Sequence record: SRR20825006_1678
Length of the DNA: 39,963 nt
Direction: 5' to 3' (one strand)
This document shows positions 27,755 through 38,030 of this stretch, in pieces (position 1 is the first letter of the stretch; every line of letters starts with the position of its first letter). Both the position numbers and the translations under genes were made by a program. The notes below the pieces were generated by a model. That model ran no database searches. It was not told the origin of the DNA and worked only from the letters and a program-made list of their open reading frames with translations.

Positions 27755-29587
27755 TTATTTATAACCTTGTGCCTGCAACTCAAACAATTCTGCATACAAG
27801 CTAGGGGTTTGCATCAGTTGGTCGTGTGTTCCTAATTCTAGTATTTTACCATCTTTAAGTACCAAAATGCGATCTGCCATACGCACCGTACTAAAGCGGT
27901 GCGAAATAATAATACTCGTCTTGCCTTCGGTGAGCGCAATAAAACGTTCAAAAACCTCGTATTCTGCGCGCGCGTCTAAAGCCGATGTAGGCTCATCAAG
28001 TACCATCACTTGGGCATCTTTCATATACGCACGGGCAAGTGCTACTTTTTGCCACTGCCCGCCAGATAATTCTTGTCCGTCTTTAAATCGTTTTCCTAAT
28101 TGGGTGTCATAACCTAGGCTTAGACCTTCGATCACTTCATTTGCCAGGCTCAAGCGTGCTGCTTCCTGAATGCGATTATCATCAGTTACCGAACCGATAT
28201 CTCCAACAGCGATATTTTCGCGCAGCGTAAACTCATACCTGAAAAAATCTTGAAAAATCACACCAAACATTTGCTGATATTCGGCTTTATTATAGCGATT
28301 GATGTTGACTCCATCTAACAAGATCGCACCCTGAGTGGGCTCATAAAAGCGCAATAGTAATTTGATCAAAGTGGTTTTACCTGCCCCGTTTTGACCCACA
28401 AACGCCATTTTCTCTCCAGCTATCAGTTGAAAACTCACGCCTTTTAAAACCTGATGCTCGCTACCTGGATAGGAAAAATGTACATCTTGTATTTCAAAAC
28501 CTTCGCGTACGACTTTGGGCAACGGAAGAGCGTTTTTGTGCTCATCAGGAATCTCTAAATCTATGAAATCAAAATAATCCTTGAGGTATAAAGCGCTTTG
28601 GGTGATGCGCGTAAAACTGGTAAAAAAGGATTGCAACGTATTCCTCAAGCGATTAAAAGAAGCCGATAAAAAGGTAAGCTCACCCACGGTAATCGTCCCT
28701 TCTAAAACACTTTTGATGATCACTAAATAAGCCGCGTAATAACACACCACACCCAGCACGTTAAAAATGGCGCTGTAAATACTGCGTTTGACGGTAAGCT
28801 TTTTATTGATCTGATAATACTGCTGGCTAAGCGTTTTAAATCTGTTGGCAATAAAATCGGTCAACCCAAAGAGCTTGATCTCTTTGGCGGTTTTATCATT
28901 AGCGCCTATGTAGCGCAAATAGTCTAGTTCGCGGCGTTCGGTCGTCCAACTTCTGGATAGCGAATATTGTTGACCGCTGAACCTAATTTCATTAATAAAT
29001 AACGGAATAATACTTAGCGCCAATAAAATGATCAATAACGGCTGAAAATAAATAAGACCTGCGATTAATGTGGCGATTGAGATCAAGCTTTGCAGCTGTC
29101 CTAGGGCTAAACTCATCAAACCCACGCGCCCTTGCGTTTGCTGGCGTGCACGCTCTAATTTGTCGTAAAACTCAGAATCTTCAAGATGCACCATATCGAT
29201 CTTGCTGGTTTTACGTATCATTTTTTCTGAAGAAACAATGTTGTACTGATCTCCCAGTAATCCGTCTGTAATGGCTATGACTCGGTTGATGATATCTGCA
29301 AGAATCGTTACACCAAATTCGATCAAAACATAATTCCAGAGCGTCGTATAGTCTGAAGAAGACGCTGCCACCTGTGCGATGATCTCATCTATAATCAACT
29401 TGCCCACCCACAAAATCACCACAGGCGCAAAAGCATTGATGAGTCTGCTTAAAAGATTAAGCGTAAATAGCAGTGGACTCACCTGCCCTATTTCTTTAAA
29501 AAATCTGGGAATAAAACGTAACGCCTGAAAGGATGCGCGTACGTTAGTTTTTTTTGAGTCGTTAATGCTGTCTAACCGTCTTGCCAT
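27755..29587 (-). CDS. ABC exporter, fused permease + ATPase half-transporter
   Basis: N-terminal TM domain; GQNGAGKT, LSGGQWQ, LDEPT, SHR; TATCTTTG -7 element at 29592-29599 (minus strand). Confidence 0.92.
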   Translation of the reverse strand: MARRLDSINDSKKTNVRASFQALRFIPRFFKEIGQVSPLLFTLNLLSRLINAFAPVVILWVGKLIIDEIIAQVAASSSDYTTLWNYVLIEFGVTILADIINRVIAITDGLLGDQYNIVSSEKMIRKTSKIDMVHLEDSEFYDKLERARQQTQGRVGLMSLALGQLQSLISIATLIAGLIYFQPLLIILLALSIIPLFINEIRFSGQQYSLSRSWTTERRELDYLRYIGANDKTAKEIKLFGLTDFIANRFKTLSQQYYQINKKLTVKRSIYSAIFNVLGVVCYYAAYLVIIKSVLEGTITVGELTFLSASFNRLRNTLQSFFTSFTRITQSALYLKDYFDFIDLEIPDEHKNALPLPKVVREGFEIQDVHFSYPGSEHQVLKGVSFQLIAGEKMAFVGQNGAGKTTLIKLLLRFYEPTQGAILLDGVNINRYNKAEYQQMFGVIFQDFFRYEFTLRENIAVGDIGSVTDDNRIQEAARLSLANEVIEGLSLGYDTQLGKRFKDGQELSGGQWQKVALARAYMKDAQVMVLDEPTSALDARAEYEVFERFIALTEGKTSIIISHRFSTVRMADRILVLKDGKILELGTHDQLMQTPSLYAELFELQAQGYK

Positions 29588-29679
29588 TACGCAAAGATAC
29601 TTTCTTAGTTATTGAGACAACACAAGAACACTATAAACTACTCTGGTGATTTTTAGCTTTTGAAGAAGTCATTAACCCG

Positions 29680-30417
29680 TTATAATGTACAATCACAATA
29701 CGCGTCACTACCTTTCCCTATGCGATACGTCAGGGTAATGCCTATGTAGGTGTACCAATCATTATTAGCAAAATTAGGAAGTTGGTTAGGCTCTAAACGG
29801 GGTTCATCAGGATGACTTCCATCAAAATTATCTGAAGTGGTATAGCGAGGAGCTAACTCTAAGCCCAACATAAATTTACTACCCACAAACGTTTTTAATC
29901 CAGCGCCAAAAGGTACTACCAGACGCGTACTTGTACCGTACTTTTCTGCAGCTACATCCTCAAATCCTGCCGAAAGCGGATAATACAATTCATCGCCATA
30001 AACTGCTCCTATGCCTCCAAAAACATAAAAATCAATGGGGTTTCTTGAATTTTTAAAGAATGAGAACGGCGTATACTCTATACCTGCAGTAAGTTCTATA
30101 TGACTGTTCTCAAAGGAGTAAAATAAGGACTGCCCTCTTCCATTAGCTCGGTATTCATCGCCGGCATTGCGATCATCTGCATACAGCGTCATATAGGTCA
30201 ACGTAGCACGAGCACTCAGCTTTTCATTAAAATTCATTTTTCCTAGAAGTCCAAAAAACGCGCGATTAGGTGCAATCGCTTTCTTTTTGCCCACCTCCCC
30301 ATAATAATTCACTCCACCCAAATAAAGACCGAAATCATAACTTTTTTCTTGCGCAAGCACAGGCAATGTCACAAAAAGTAAAATGAGAATTAGAGGAAGT
30401 GCTTTTTTTGAATTCAT
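29680..30417 (-). CDS. PorG-like (DUF6089) type IX secretion outer-membrane beta-barrel protein
   Basis: Signal peptide; GGVNYYGEVG, PFGAGLK, RYTTSDNFDG, NNDWY..GITLTY, C-terminal CxC. Confidence 0.7.
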   Translation of the reverse strand: MNSKKALPLILILLFVTLPVLAQEKSYDFGLYLGGVNYYGEVGKKKAIAPNRAFFGLLGKMNFNEKLSARATLTYMTLYADDRNAGDEYRANGRGQSLFYSFENSHIELTAGIEYTPFSFFKNSRNPIDFYVFGGIGAVYGDELYYPLSAGFEDVAAEKYGTSTRLVVPFGAGLKTFVGSKFMLGLELAPRYTTSDNFDGSHPDEPRLEPNQLPNFANNDWYTYIGITLTYRIGKGSDAYCDCTL

Positions 30418-30594
30418 AAGTTAGTTTTTAAAATGGGTGAGCTACCTAAAGAGCCTTTTTAACAGACTTTTAATTTCAGGTTTTAAAATACTAACAAATA
30501 AGTTTCTAGAGAAACCAAAACTTTCTTAATAGTTGAGAGGAGCAGAATTTCAGACAAGCGCTTCGGTAATTCTTAAAATACTTCGGTTTATGAA

Positions 30595-31812
30595 TTATGA
30601 AGTCTGCAAAGCATAAGTTTTGCGTCTGTTGAGATAATATAGCACCAACGCCAAACTGCATAACGCACTTCCGAATAAAATGTAGAGTAACGGCTTGACG
30701 CTTTCGGTCACTAGTTGAGCAACCAAAATACTAGCTACAGAACCAAAGATCATCCCAATACTTCCTATTAATGCCGAAGCGCTTCCCGCTTGTTTCGTGA
30801 ATGGATCTAAAGATAAAGCGGTCACGTTAGGGTTTTGAAAACCGATCAAAAAGAGCATCATAAACAGGAAAGGATATACCACCCAAAAACTGATTAAGTT
30901 TAGAAGACTTATCCCCAAACCACAGGCTGTGAGTACACTCAAGGCAACACAAGTAGTGACGGTAATTTGCAATAGTGAAAAGCGTTTTAAGGCCAGACGG
31001 TTGATCTGACTTCCCAGAATCAAACCTAAGGCATTACTCCCAAAGACCCACCCAAACTGCTGCTCACTCAGTTCAAAGAATTCGATAAAAATAAAGGGAG
31101 CGCTGCTCACATAGCTCAGTAAACACCCCATAGTAAAGCCTCGTGTGATCGCAAAAATAAAGAACTCTCTGTTGCGTAAAATAGAAAGGTATTCTAGAAT
31201 AATATTCTTAGGACGTAAGCTGGTACTGCGGTTAGGCGCAGCGCTTTCAGGAAGTACGAATGTAATAAGCAGCAGCATCAGAATGGCAAATACTGCAAGA
31301 ATATAAAACACAGCCTCCCAATCAAAAGCACCAATAACGATACCTCCTACCGTAGGTGCAATTATAGGCGCAACGCCCATTATCAACATTAGGGTCGAAA
31401 GCACATCTGCAACTTGTTTTTTCTCAAATAAATCTCTTACGATCGCTTTAGAAGCAACCATTCCCGCGCAGCCTCCTAAGGCCATAAAAAAGCGGGCAGC
31501 GATCAAAATGTTGAGGTTCCAGCTGAAGGCACACAGCAACGCAGTAACCGTAAATAAAATCAAACCGCCTATTAGCGGTCTTCTTCTACCAAAACGATCC
31601 ATCAAAGGTCCATAGGCTAATTGCCCCAATGCGATCCCGATGAGATAGCTGGTAAGCGTAAGACCTACCTTGCTGATGTCTACCCCAAAATCATCGGCTA
31701 CGTTTCCAAAACCGGGCAGATACATATCAATAGAAAACGGACCAATAGCTATTAGCGTTCCAAGAATGAGTATGATTAAATTGCGAGAGGAAGTTGTAAA
31801 GCGTTTTGTCAT
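30595..31812 (-). CDS. Bcr/CflA family multidrug efflux MFS transporter
   Basis: SIDMYLP, GPLMDRFGRR, APIIAPTVGG; TAATTTTG -7 element at 31830-31837 (minus strand). Confidence 0.92.
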   Translation of the reverse strand: MTKRFTTSSRNLIILILGTLIAIGPFSIDMYLPGFGNVADDFGVDISKVGLTLTSYLIGIALGQLAYGPLMDRFGRRRPLIGGLILFTVTALLCAFSWNLNILIAARFFMALGGCAGMVASKAIVRDLFEKKQVADVLSTLMLIMGVAPIIAPTVGGIVIGAFDWEAVFYILAVFAILMLLLITFVLPESAAPNRSTSLRPKNIILEYLSILRNREFFIFAITRGFTMGCLLSYVSSAPFIFIEFFELSEQQFGWVFGSNALGLILGSQINRLALKRFSLLQITVTTCVALSVLTACGLGISLLNLISFWVVYPFLFMMLFLIGFQNPNVTALSLDPFTKQAGSASALIGSIGMIFGSVASILVAQLVTESVKPLLYILFGSALCSLALVLYYLNRRKTYALQTS

Positions 31813-31944
31813 AACCTGATTCTAAAGTGCAAAATTAACCTATGTAAAAGCAAAAAACCGGCACGCTTGTGTTATTAAAATCGTAAATCCCTTGCGGATT
31901 TCTTAAGGTAACGATGTAGTTTTTTAATGCTCTAACAGTGCCAA

Positions 31945-31980
31945 TAAAAAAGTGCGATACAGTTTTGCATCGCACTTTTA
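31945..31980 (-). terminator. Intrinsic terminator after the 71-aa ORF
   Basis: AAAAGTGCGAT...ATCGCACTTTT, with a longer A-run on the left. Confidence 0.8.
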
Positions 31981-31985
31981 AAAAA

Positions 31986-32201
31986 TCAAGTATTGATCTG
32001 ACTTTTTGTATCTGAAGAAGCCCAAAGCTCATTAGTATACTCCGGTGGAGATTTATGCTCAATGACCACATATTCATCACTGGATTTAAATTTTTCAAGC
32101 AACTCTTGGTTGACGTGAATAGGAATTTGTAGTCCCGGATATTTTAAGGCAAACAATTCTCCTTTTTGTCCTACTAACTCTAACTTAATTGGTGTTTCCA
32201 T
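31986..32201 (-). CDS. Hypothetical protein (71 aa)
   Basis: ATG start, own -7 element TAATTTTG (32230-32237, minus strand), terminator right after the stop. Confidence 0.7.
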   Translation of the reverse strand: METPIKLELVGQKGELFALKYPGLQIPIHVNQELLEKFKSSDEYVVIEHKSPPEYTNELWASSDTKSQINT

Positions 32202-32331
32202 AGATTAAAGGTTTAATTAATAGTTTCAACAAAATTAATAAGTAAATCCTCTCAGGTCAAGACCATGAGACATTGGCAGTACCAACAAAATATCAGTCTT
32301 AATCACACGGTCAATGCAGGCATTTTTTCAG

Positions 32332-33045
32332 CTAAACGTGTAAAGGCACTTCCATTAAAAGCACCGAAGCCTGCTCGCTTGCCTTAAGAGTAATCGACTG
32401 CGTATCAGAAATCCCCAAGCCATCCCGACGTTCTAACTTTTCATCGGCTACCTCAACGCTTCCTTCTAAGACGAATATATATAGTCCGTTCGACGCTAGA
32501 TTGAAATTATACGTAACCGCTTTATCAGCATCAAGATCTACCATATTAAACCAAGCGTCTTGATGAATCCACACACCCGCATCTTCTTTGTTGGGCGAAA
32601 GCACTTGCTGCAGTTTATTTTTACGATCCTCTTTTTTCAAGGTTATTTGATCATATCGTGGCTCAACATTTTGCGTATGCGGAATGACCCAGATCTGTAA
32701 AAAACGAACTTCCTCGTCCTTATTTTTGTTATATTCTGAATGTTGCACACCGGTCCCGGCGCTCATGACCTGAATATCTCCTTCTTTGATCACGGTAGTA
32801 TTCCCCATACTATCTTGATGCTCCAAGTCACCCGATAAAGGAATCGAAATGATTTCCATATTTTGATGCGGATGCGTTCCAAAGCCCATTCCACCGCTTA
32901 CTTTATCATCATTCAACACGCGCAGTACACCAAAGTTCATACGCTGCGGATCATAATAATTCGCAAAACTAAATGTGTGTTTACTATGCAACCAACCGTG
33001 GTTAGCATCTCCTCGAGTTTCAGATCTATGCAGTATTTTTTTCAT
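32332..33045 (-). CDS. Pirin family protein (YhhW-like)
   Basis: HTFSFANYY, LRVLNDD, HPHQNMEI, MSAGTGVQHSE, LQIW. Confidence 0.94.
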   Translation of the reverse strand: MKKILHRSETRGDANHGWLHSKHTFSFANYYDPQRMNFGVLRVLNDDKVSGGMGFGTHPHQNMEIISIPLSGDLEHQDSMGNTTVIKEGDIQVMSAGTGVQHSEYNKNKDEEVRFLQIWVIPHTQNVEPRYDQITLKKEDRKNKLQQVLSPNKEDAGVWIHQDAWFNMVDLDADKAVTYNFNLASNGLYIFVLEGSVEVADEKLERRDGLGISDTQSITLKASEQASVLLMEVPLHV

Positions 33046-33193
33046 ACAAATTCATTTGTTTTAACAGTCGTAAAATACGCGTAGACTTACACTTTGTAAG
33101 ACGCTGACAATCATAAAATCTTTCTAAAATGCGCGCTCTAAACAATAAGCTTTGTACTTTTAAAACGATGAACAATCCTATTAAGACTAATCC

Positions 33194-33913
33194 ATGAAAA
33201 AAATTCTACTCCTTACCGGTTTAAGCCTATGTCTGTTTGCCTGTAAAAATGAATCTCAAAAAACCACAGCGCAGCCGCCGGTAGTGAATACCGAAGAAGT
33301 TGCCGAAAAAGACCGCACTCCTGAAGAGGAGATCGCTTATAAAATCGCCGAAGCAAACGGCTTGAAAAACTGGAAATCAGTTACAGAAGTACAATTCACT
33401 TTCAATGTAGATCGTGGTGACAGCCACTTTGAACGCGCCTGGAAATGGAATCCGCAAACTATGGATGTAACGATGCGCAGTGATAAAGACACGGTTTCTT
33501 TTAACCGAAAAGAAGTAGATAGCCTCTCAATGGATGCAGACAAAGGCTTCATAAACGATGCCTATTGGTTACTCGCTCCTATGCATTTGGTTTGGGATGA
33601 AGGCACAACACTAACAGTTCAGGATACGGCGACCGCTCCTATGAGCCAACAAAAAATGAGTAAAATCACACTTACCTACAATGGTGAAGAAGGCGGTTAT
33701 ACCCCGGGTGATGCTTACGACTTCTTTTATGATGATGAGTATATGGTTAGAGAATGGATTTACCGCCGCGGAAACGTTTCAGAATATTCTATGGTAACCA
33801 CTTGGGAAGATTATAAAGATTACAAAGGAATCAAGATCGCTGCAGATCATAAAGCGCCCGAAGATGCTGTTCATCTTTATTTTACAGATATCGCTGTAAA
33901 AACCGAAGAGTAA
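33194..33913 (+). CDS. Uncharacterised lipoprotein (possibly DUF6503-like)
   Basis: Lipobox LFA-C; FINDAYWLLAP and GGYTPGDAY motifs. Confidence 0.7.
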   Translation: MKKILLLTGLSLCLFACKNESQKTTAQPPVVNTEEVAEKDRTPEEEIAYKIAEANGLKNWKSVTEVQFTFNVDRGDSHFERAWKWNPQTMDVTMRSDKDTVSFNRKEVDSLSMDADKGFINDAYWLLAPMHLVWDEGTTLTVQDTATAPMSQQKMSKITLTYNGEEGGYTPGDAYDFFYDDEYMVREWIYRRGNVSEYSMVTTWEDYKDYKGIKIAADHKAPEDAVHLYFTDIAVKTEE

Positions 33914-33974
33914 TAGATCTAGGTGTTAGAAATTCCAAGACGCAGACTTTCTTTAAGTAATTTTACTGAATACC

Positions 33975-33999
33975 AAGCCCGTTCTGTACGGGCTTTTTT
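33975..33999 (+). terminator. Intrinsic terminator between convergent genes
   Basis: AAGCCCGT-tctgt-ACGGGCTT then TTTT. Confidence 0.85.
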
Positions 34000-35146
34000 A
34001 ATTGCGTTTTAAGCGTACAGCAATGAGGCCGGCTAATGCGGTAAAACAGAGCAAAGCGATAAAACTGCCTTTTAAGCTGAAGGTTTCAGCTAGAAATCCA
34101 AGAAAAACCGGACCTAAAAGCAAACCCACAAAGCCGGTACCGGCAATAAAACTTATGCCTTCTTCTGCTCGTATTCCTTTTAAATTGCCGCTGTATCTAA
34201 ACAACTCCGGCACTACAATTGAAAGTCCAAGCCCTACAGCTCCAAAACCTATTAAAGCGTAAATAGTACTTCCGCTGAGAATAATTCCAAAGCCTATTGC
34301 AGCTATAAACGAACCTACAATGATGATCAGACGTGATCCGTAAGATGCGCTGATCGCATCTCCAAAAAAACGGCCAATAGCCATTGTTCCGTTAAAAATG
34401 GTATAGCCTAAGCCCGCCAATGCTGCGCTTGCCAAAGTTACCTGCTCCATATACAATGCGCTCCAATCTACGATCGCTCCCTCTGCAGCCATTACTAAAA
34501 AGCCTATTAATGCTAAACCAACTAAGGGTCGCAAATTCTTCAGTTTAAAGCTTGAGGTCTCTTCGTGTGCTGCTGCTTTGATCGAAAAATAGTGTTTGCA
34601 TAAAAACAAGTTGATTAGAATCAGCAGCGCGCTTACACCGGCTATGTGCCACTTTGGTAACGCGATGTACGGCATCAGCAAACTGCCTAATCCGGCTCCC
34701 AGCATTCCGCCTAAACTGAAGAACCCGTGAGAAACCGACATAAAATGTACTTCGTCGCGACGCTCGATTTCGGTGACTAAAGTATTTATTGTCACATCAA
34801 GCAATCCGGAAAAAATACCTACTCCAAACAATGAGGCACACAAAAGCACATAGGTGCTCGCTAAAAATGGCTGTATGATCAACACACAAAACCCAATTAC
34901 CGCAAATAAAACCGCTTTCCCTAAACCTATGTTTTTGATAAATCGGGGTACAAAAGGTATGGTACATAAGGTTCCCAAAGCCATAAAAAACACCGCAAAG
35001 CCGAGTTCGCCTTCAGACAACTGCAACTTGGCTGTTATTTTAGGAATATAGATCGCCCAGGTCCCGTAAAGAATATTTAGGGTGGCAAACAAAAAAACCG
35101 GAGTAAAATACCGTAGGTTACTAAAAACCAGACGCAACGAATTCAT
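33998..35146 (-). CDS. MFS transporter (YbjJ/fucose permease-like)
   Basis: About 12 TM segments; HGFFSLG, EGAIVDWSALY, GRFFGD. Confidence 0.9.
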   Translation of the reverse strand: MNSLRLVFSNLRYFTPVFLFATLNILYGTWAIYIPKITAKLQLSEGELGFAVFFMALGTLCTIPFVPRFIKNIGLGKAVLFAVIGFCVLIIQPFLASTYVLLCASLFGVGIFSGLLDVTINTLVTEIERRDEVHFMSVSHGFFSLGGMLGAGLGSLLMPYIALPKWHIAGVSALLILINLFLCKHYFSIKAAAHEETSSFKLKNLRPLVGLALIGFLVMAAEGAIVDWSALYMEQVTLASAALAGLGYTIFNGTMAIGRFFGDAISASYGSRLIIIVGSFIAAIGFGIILSGSTIYALIGFGAVGLGLSIVVPELFRYSGNLKGIRAEEGISFIAGTGFVGLLLGPVFLGFLAETFSLKGSFIALLCFTALAGLIAVRLKRN

Positions 35147-35285
35147 AAAACCTCAATTGAAATCAACATCAAAATAACACAAAATAATTGGGCGAGCGTG
35201 CACAATGCTGCAATTCTAAATACCTAGAAAGGAATAGCAAACCTAAGTTTGTCGCTCGTGAGCCGATGTGTTATTTTTACCATCT

Positions 35286-36575
35286 ATGTCAGAACAATCA
35301 AGCACCCTTTATAAAAACACCTTAGCCTTTGCTAAACAAGCAGATGCAGACGACACACTTGCTAAATTTCGTGATGAATTCAACTTCCCGAAAGACGAAG
35401 CAGGCAATAATTTAATTTACCTCTGCGGAAACTCGCTAGGACTTCAACCCAAAAAAGCCAAAGAATATGTAGGTCAAGAGCTCAGCAATTGGGCCGAACT
35501 TGCCGTTGAAGGTCATTTTAAAGCTAAAATTCCTTGGACGACGTATCACGAAGTGATGACCAAGTCCATGGCTGATATCGTAGGTGCAAAACCCGGCGAA
35601 GTTGTGTTGATGAACACACTTTCCACCAACCTGCACCTGATGATGGTGTCCTTTTACCGGCCTACTGCAAAGCGCTATAAGATCTTGATCGAGAGCGACG
35701 CTTTCCCATCAGACAGTTGTGCGGTAAAATCTCAGATCAAAGAAAAGGGTTATAATCCAGATGATGCGCTTTTGCTTTGGCAACCGCGCGAGGGAGAGCA
35801 TCTTAACCGCTTTGAGGATCTGGAAGCGCTAATGGCAGAACACGGTGAAGAAATCGCCCTTGTGATGATCGGAAATTCTAATTACTACACCGGCCAAAAA
35901 TACCCCATAAAAGAAATCACCCAGCTAGGACACCGCTATGGTTGTAAAGTAGGCTTTGATCTTGCGCACGGCGTTGGGAATATTGATGCAGATTTGCACG
36001 ATAATGGCCCCGATTTTGCCGTATGGTGCACTTATAAATATTTAAACAGTGGCCCCGGTGCCATTGGAGGTTGTTTTGTACATGAGCGTCACGCTGATGA
36101 TAAAGATATCCCTCGCTTTACAGGTTGGTGGGGTCATAAAATGGACAGCCGTTTTAATATGCGCGTCGATTTTGATCCTATTCCGGGGGCAGAAGGCTGG
36201 CAACTAAGCAATCCGCCAATTTTGTCCATGGCTCCTATTCGTGCGTCGCTAGAGCTATTTGCGGAAGCCGGATTTCAAAACATTCGCGCCAAATCTAAAA
36301 AACTCACCGGATATCTGGAATTTCTCATCAACCAACTTGATGATGATCGCATAGCTATTCTTACCCCTAAAAATGCAGAAGAACGCGGGTGCCAACTATC
36401 TATTCAAGTTAAAAACGCAGACCGCAGCATGTATGATGGCTTTATGCAAGCAGGCATTATTTGCGATTGGCGCGAACCTGATGTTATACGTGTGGCTCCT
36501 GCCCCATTGTACAACAGTTTTGAAGATGTGTATGAAATGACACAACGCCTTAAAGAGCTATTAGCAACCTTATAA
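35286..36575 (+). CDS. kynU: Kynureninase
   Basis: YLCGNSLGLQP, FPSD, DLAHGVGN, WCTYKYLNSGPG (PLP lysine), GWWGH, SNPP, DWREPDVIR. Confidence 0.96.
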   Translation: MSEQSSTLYKNTLAFAKQADADDTLAKFRDEFNFPKDEAGNNLIYLCGNSLGLQPKKAKEYVGQELSNWAELAVEGHFKAKIPWTTYHEVMTKSMADIVGAKPGEVVLMNTLSTNLHLMMVSFYRPTAKRYKILIESDAFPSDSCAVKSQIKEKGYNPDDALLLWQPREGEHLNRFEDLEALMAEHGEEIALVMIGNSNYYTGQKYPIKEITQLGHRYGCKVGFDLAHGVGNIDADLHDNGPDFAVWCTYKYLNSGPGAIGGCFVHERHADDKDIPRFTGWWGHKMDSRFNMRVDFDPIPGAEGWQLSNPPILSMAPIRASLELFAEAGFQNIRAKSKKLTGYLEFLINQLDDDRIAILTPKNAEERGCQLSIQVKNADRSMYDGFMQAGIICDWREPDVIRVAPAPLYNSFEDVYEMTQRLKELLATL

Positions 36576-36616
36576 CCATTTAAGATCCTCGAGGATTTTC
36601 AACTAACAAACCACTT

Positions 36617-38029
36617 TTGAAAACGCAAGAACAAGAACATATTTTAATCATTGGCGCCGGGCTTTGCGGTTCGCTTTTAGCATTGCGCATGGCGCAACGC
36701 GGATATAAAGTCACACTGATGGAAAAGCGCCCTGATTTACGTAAAGAAATCGTAGATAGCGGTAGATCTATCAATTTAGCTTTTTCAGATCGAGGAATGA
36801 AAGGCCTTCGCCTAGCCGGACTTGAAGATAAAGTCTTACCGCTGTGTATCCCAATGAATGGGCGTATGATTCACAATGCCGAAGGACAACTTTTTATGAG
36901 TCCGTATAGCGGTAGAAATGAATATATCAATTCTATTTCCCGGGAAGACCTCAACATCATGTTGCTTGACGAATGTGATAAGATGCCTGCCATAAAAATG
37001 CAATTCAATCAAAAATGTACAGGCGTAAATATCGAAACTGCACAGGCGACTTTTGAAGATCACAAAACAGGTGAAACCACAACCTATCAAGCCGATGTAG
37101 TAATGGGAGCTGATGGTGTGGGCTCTGCCCTGCGTAAAAGTATGCTGGAGCACCGCAAGTTTTTATTTAGCTACGGGCAGGATTTCTTAACTCACGGCTA
37201 TAAAGAATTGAGCTTTCCTCCAAAAGTAGATGGCGAATTTTTAGTAGAAAAAAACGCATTGCACATCTGGCCCCGAGGAAAAGATATGATGATTGCCTTA
37301 CCCAACCTCGACGGAAGTTTTACCGTCACCCTATTTCTTTCTTGGGAAGAAGGTAAAGACAGCTTTGACAGCTTAAATACAGATGAAGCCGTACTTGACT
37401 ATTTTAAACGCGAGTATCCAGATGCACTCGCTCTGATGCCTGATCTTCTCACAGAGTTTAGAGAAAATCCTACTTCACCCTTAGGGACCATTAAATGTTC
37501 GCCGTGGCACGCTTACGGCAAGGTATTGTTATTGGGAGATGCTGCGCACGGAATTGTACCCTTTTATGGTCAAGGAATGAATTCTGCTTTTGAAGATATT
37601 TATGTATTGGATAAATATTTAGATCAGTATGCGGGTGATTGGAAGACTGTTTTTAAAGCCTATCAAGAAGAGCGTAAAGAAGATACTGATGCCATTGCAG
37701 ACCTTGCGGTAGACAATTTTCACGAAATGAAAGCACATACCGCCCGTCCTATTTTTCAGGAAAAGAGAAAATTAGAAATAGCCTTTGAAGAAGCGTTTCC
37801 TACTGAATATTTTTCAAAATATGCGCTGGTCACCTTTAGAGAAGATCTACGCTATTCTGAAGCGATGCGCCGCGGTCGTGTGCAAGACAAAGCCATCTTA
37901 AATCTTATCTACGACGGAAAATTCACCAAAGATATGAGCCTGCGGACCAAGCTCGACCTAATGAAGCAGGAAACCCGAAAAATGTTACACGACGAGGAGG
38001 TTTTAGAAGGCCTTGAAAGCGAAGATTAA
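36617..38029 (+). CDS. kmo: Kynurenine 3-monooxygenase
   Basis: GAGLCG, GRSINLA, GADG, HGYKEL, LHIWPRG, IALPN.DGSFT, GDAAHGIVPFYGQGMN. Confidence 0.93.
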   Translation: MKTQEQEHILIIGAGLCGSLLALRMAQRGYKVTLMEKRPDLRKEIVDSGRSINLAFSDRGMKGLRLAGLEDKVLPLCIPMNGRMIHNAEGQLFMSPYSGRNEYINSISREDLNIMLLDECDKMPAIKMQFNQKCTGVNIETAQATFEDHKTGETTTYQADVVMGADGVGSALRKSMLEHRKFLFSYGQDFLTHGYKELSFPPKVDGEFLVEKNALHIWPRGKDMMIALPNLDGSFTVTLFLSWEEGKDSFDSLNTDEAVLDYFKREYPDALALMPDLLTEFRENPTSPLGTIKCSPWHAYGKVLLLGDAAHGIVPFYGQGMNSAFEDIYVLDKYLDQYAGDWKTVFKAYQEERKEDTDAIADLAVDNFHEMKAHTARPIFQEKRKLEIAFEEAFPTEYFSKYALVTFREDLRYSEAMRRGRVQDKAILNLIYDGKFTKDMSLRTKLDLMKQETRKMLHDEEVLEGLESED

Positions 38030-38030
38030 T

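Noticed and set aside
31835-32098. 87-aa minus-strand ORF
   Set aside because: Overlaps the 71-aa gene and runs through a terminator and the Bcr/CflA promoter.
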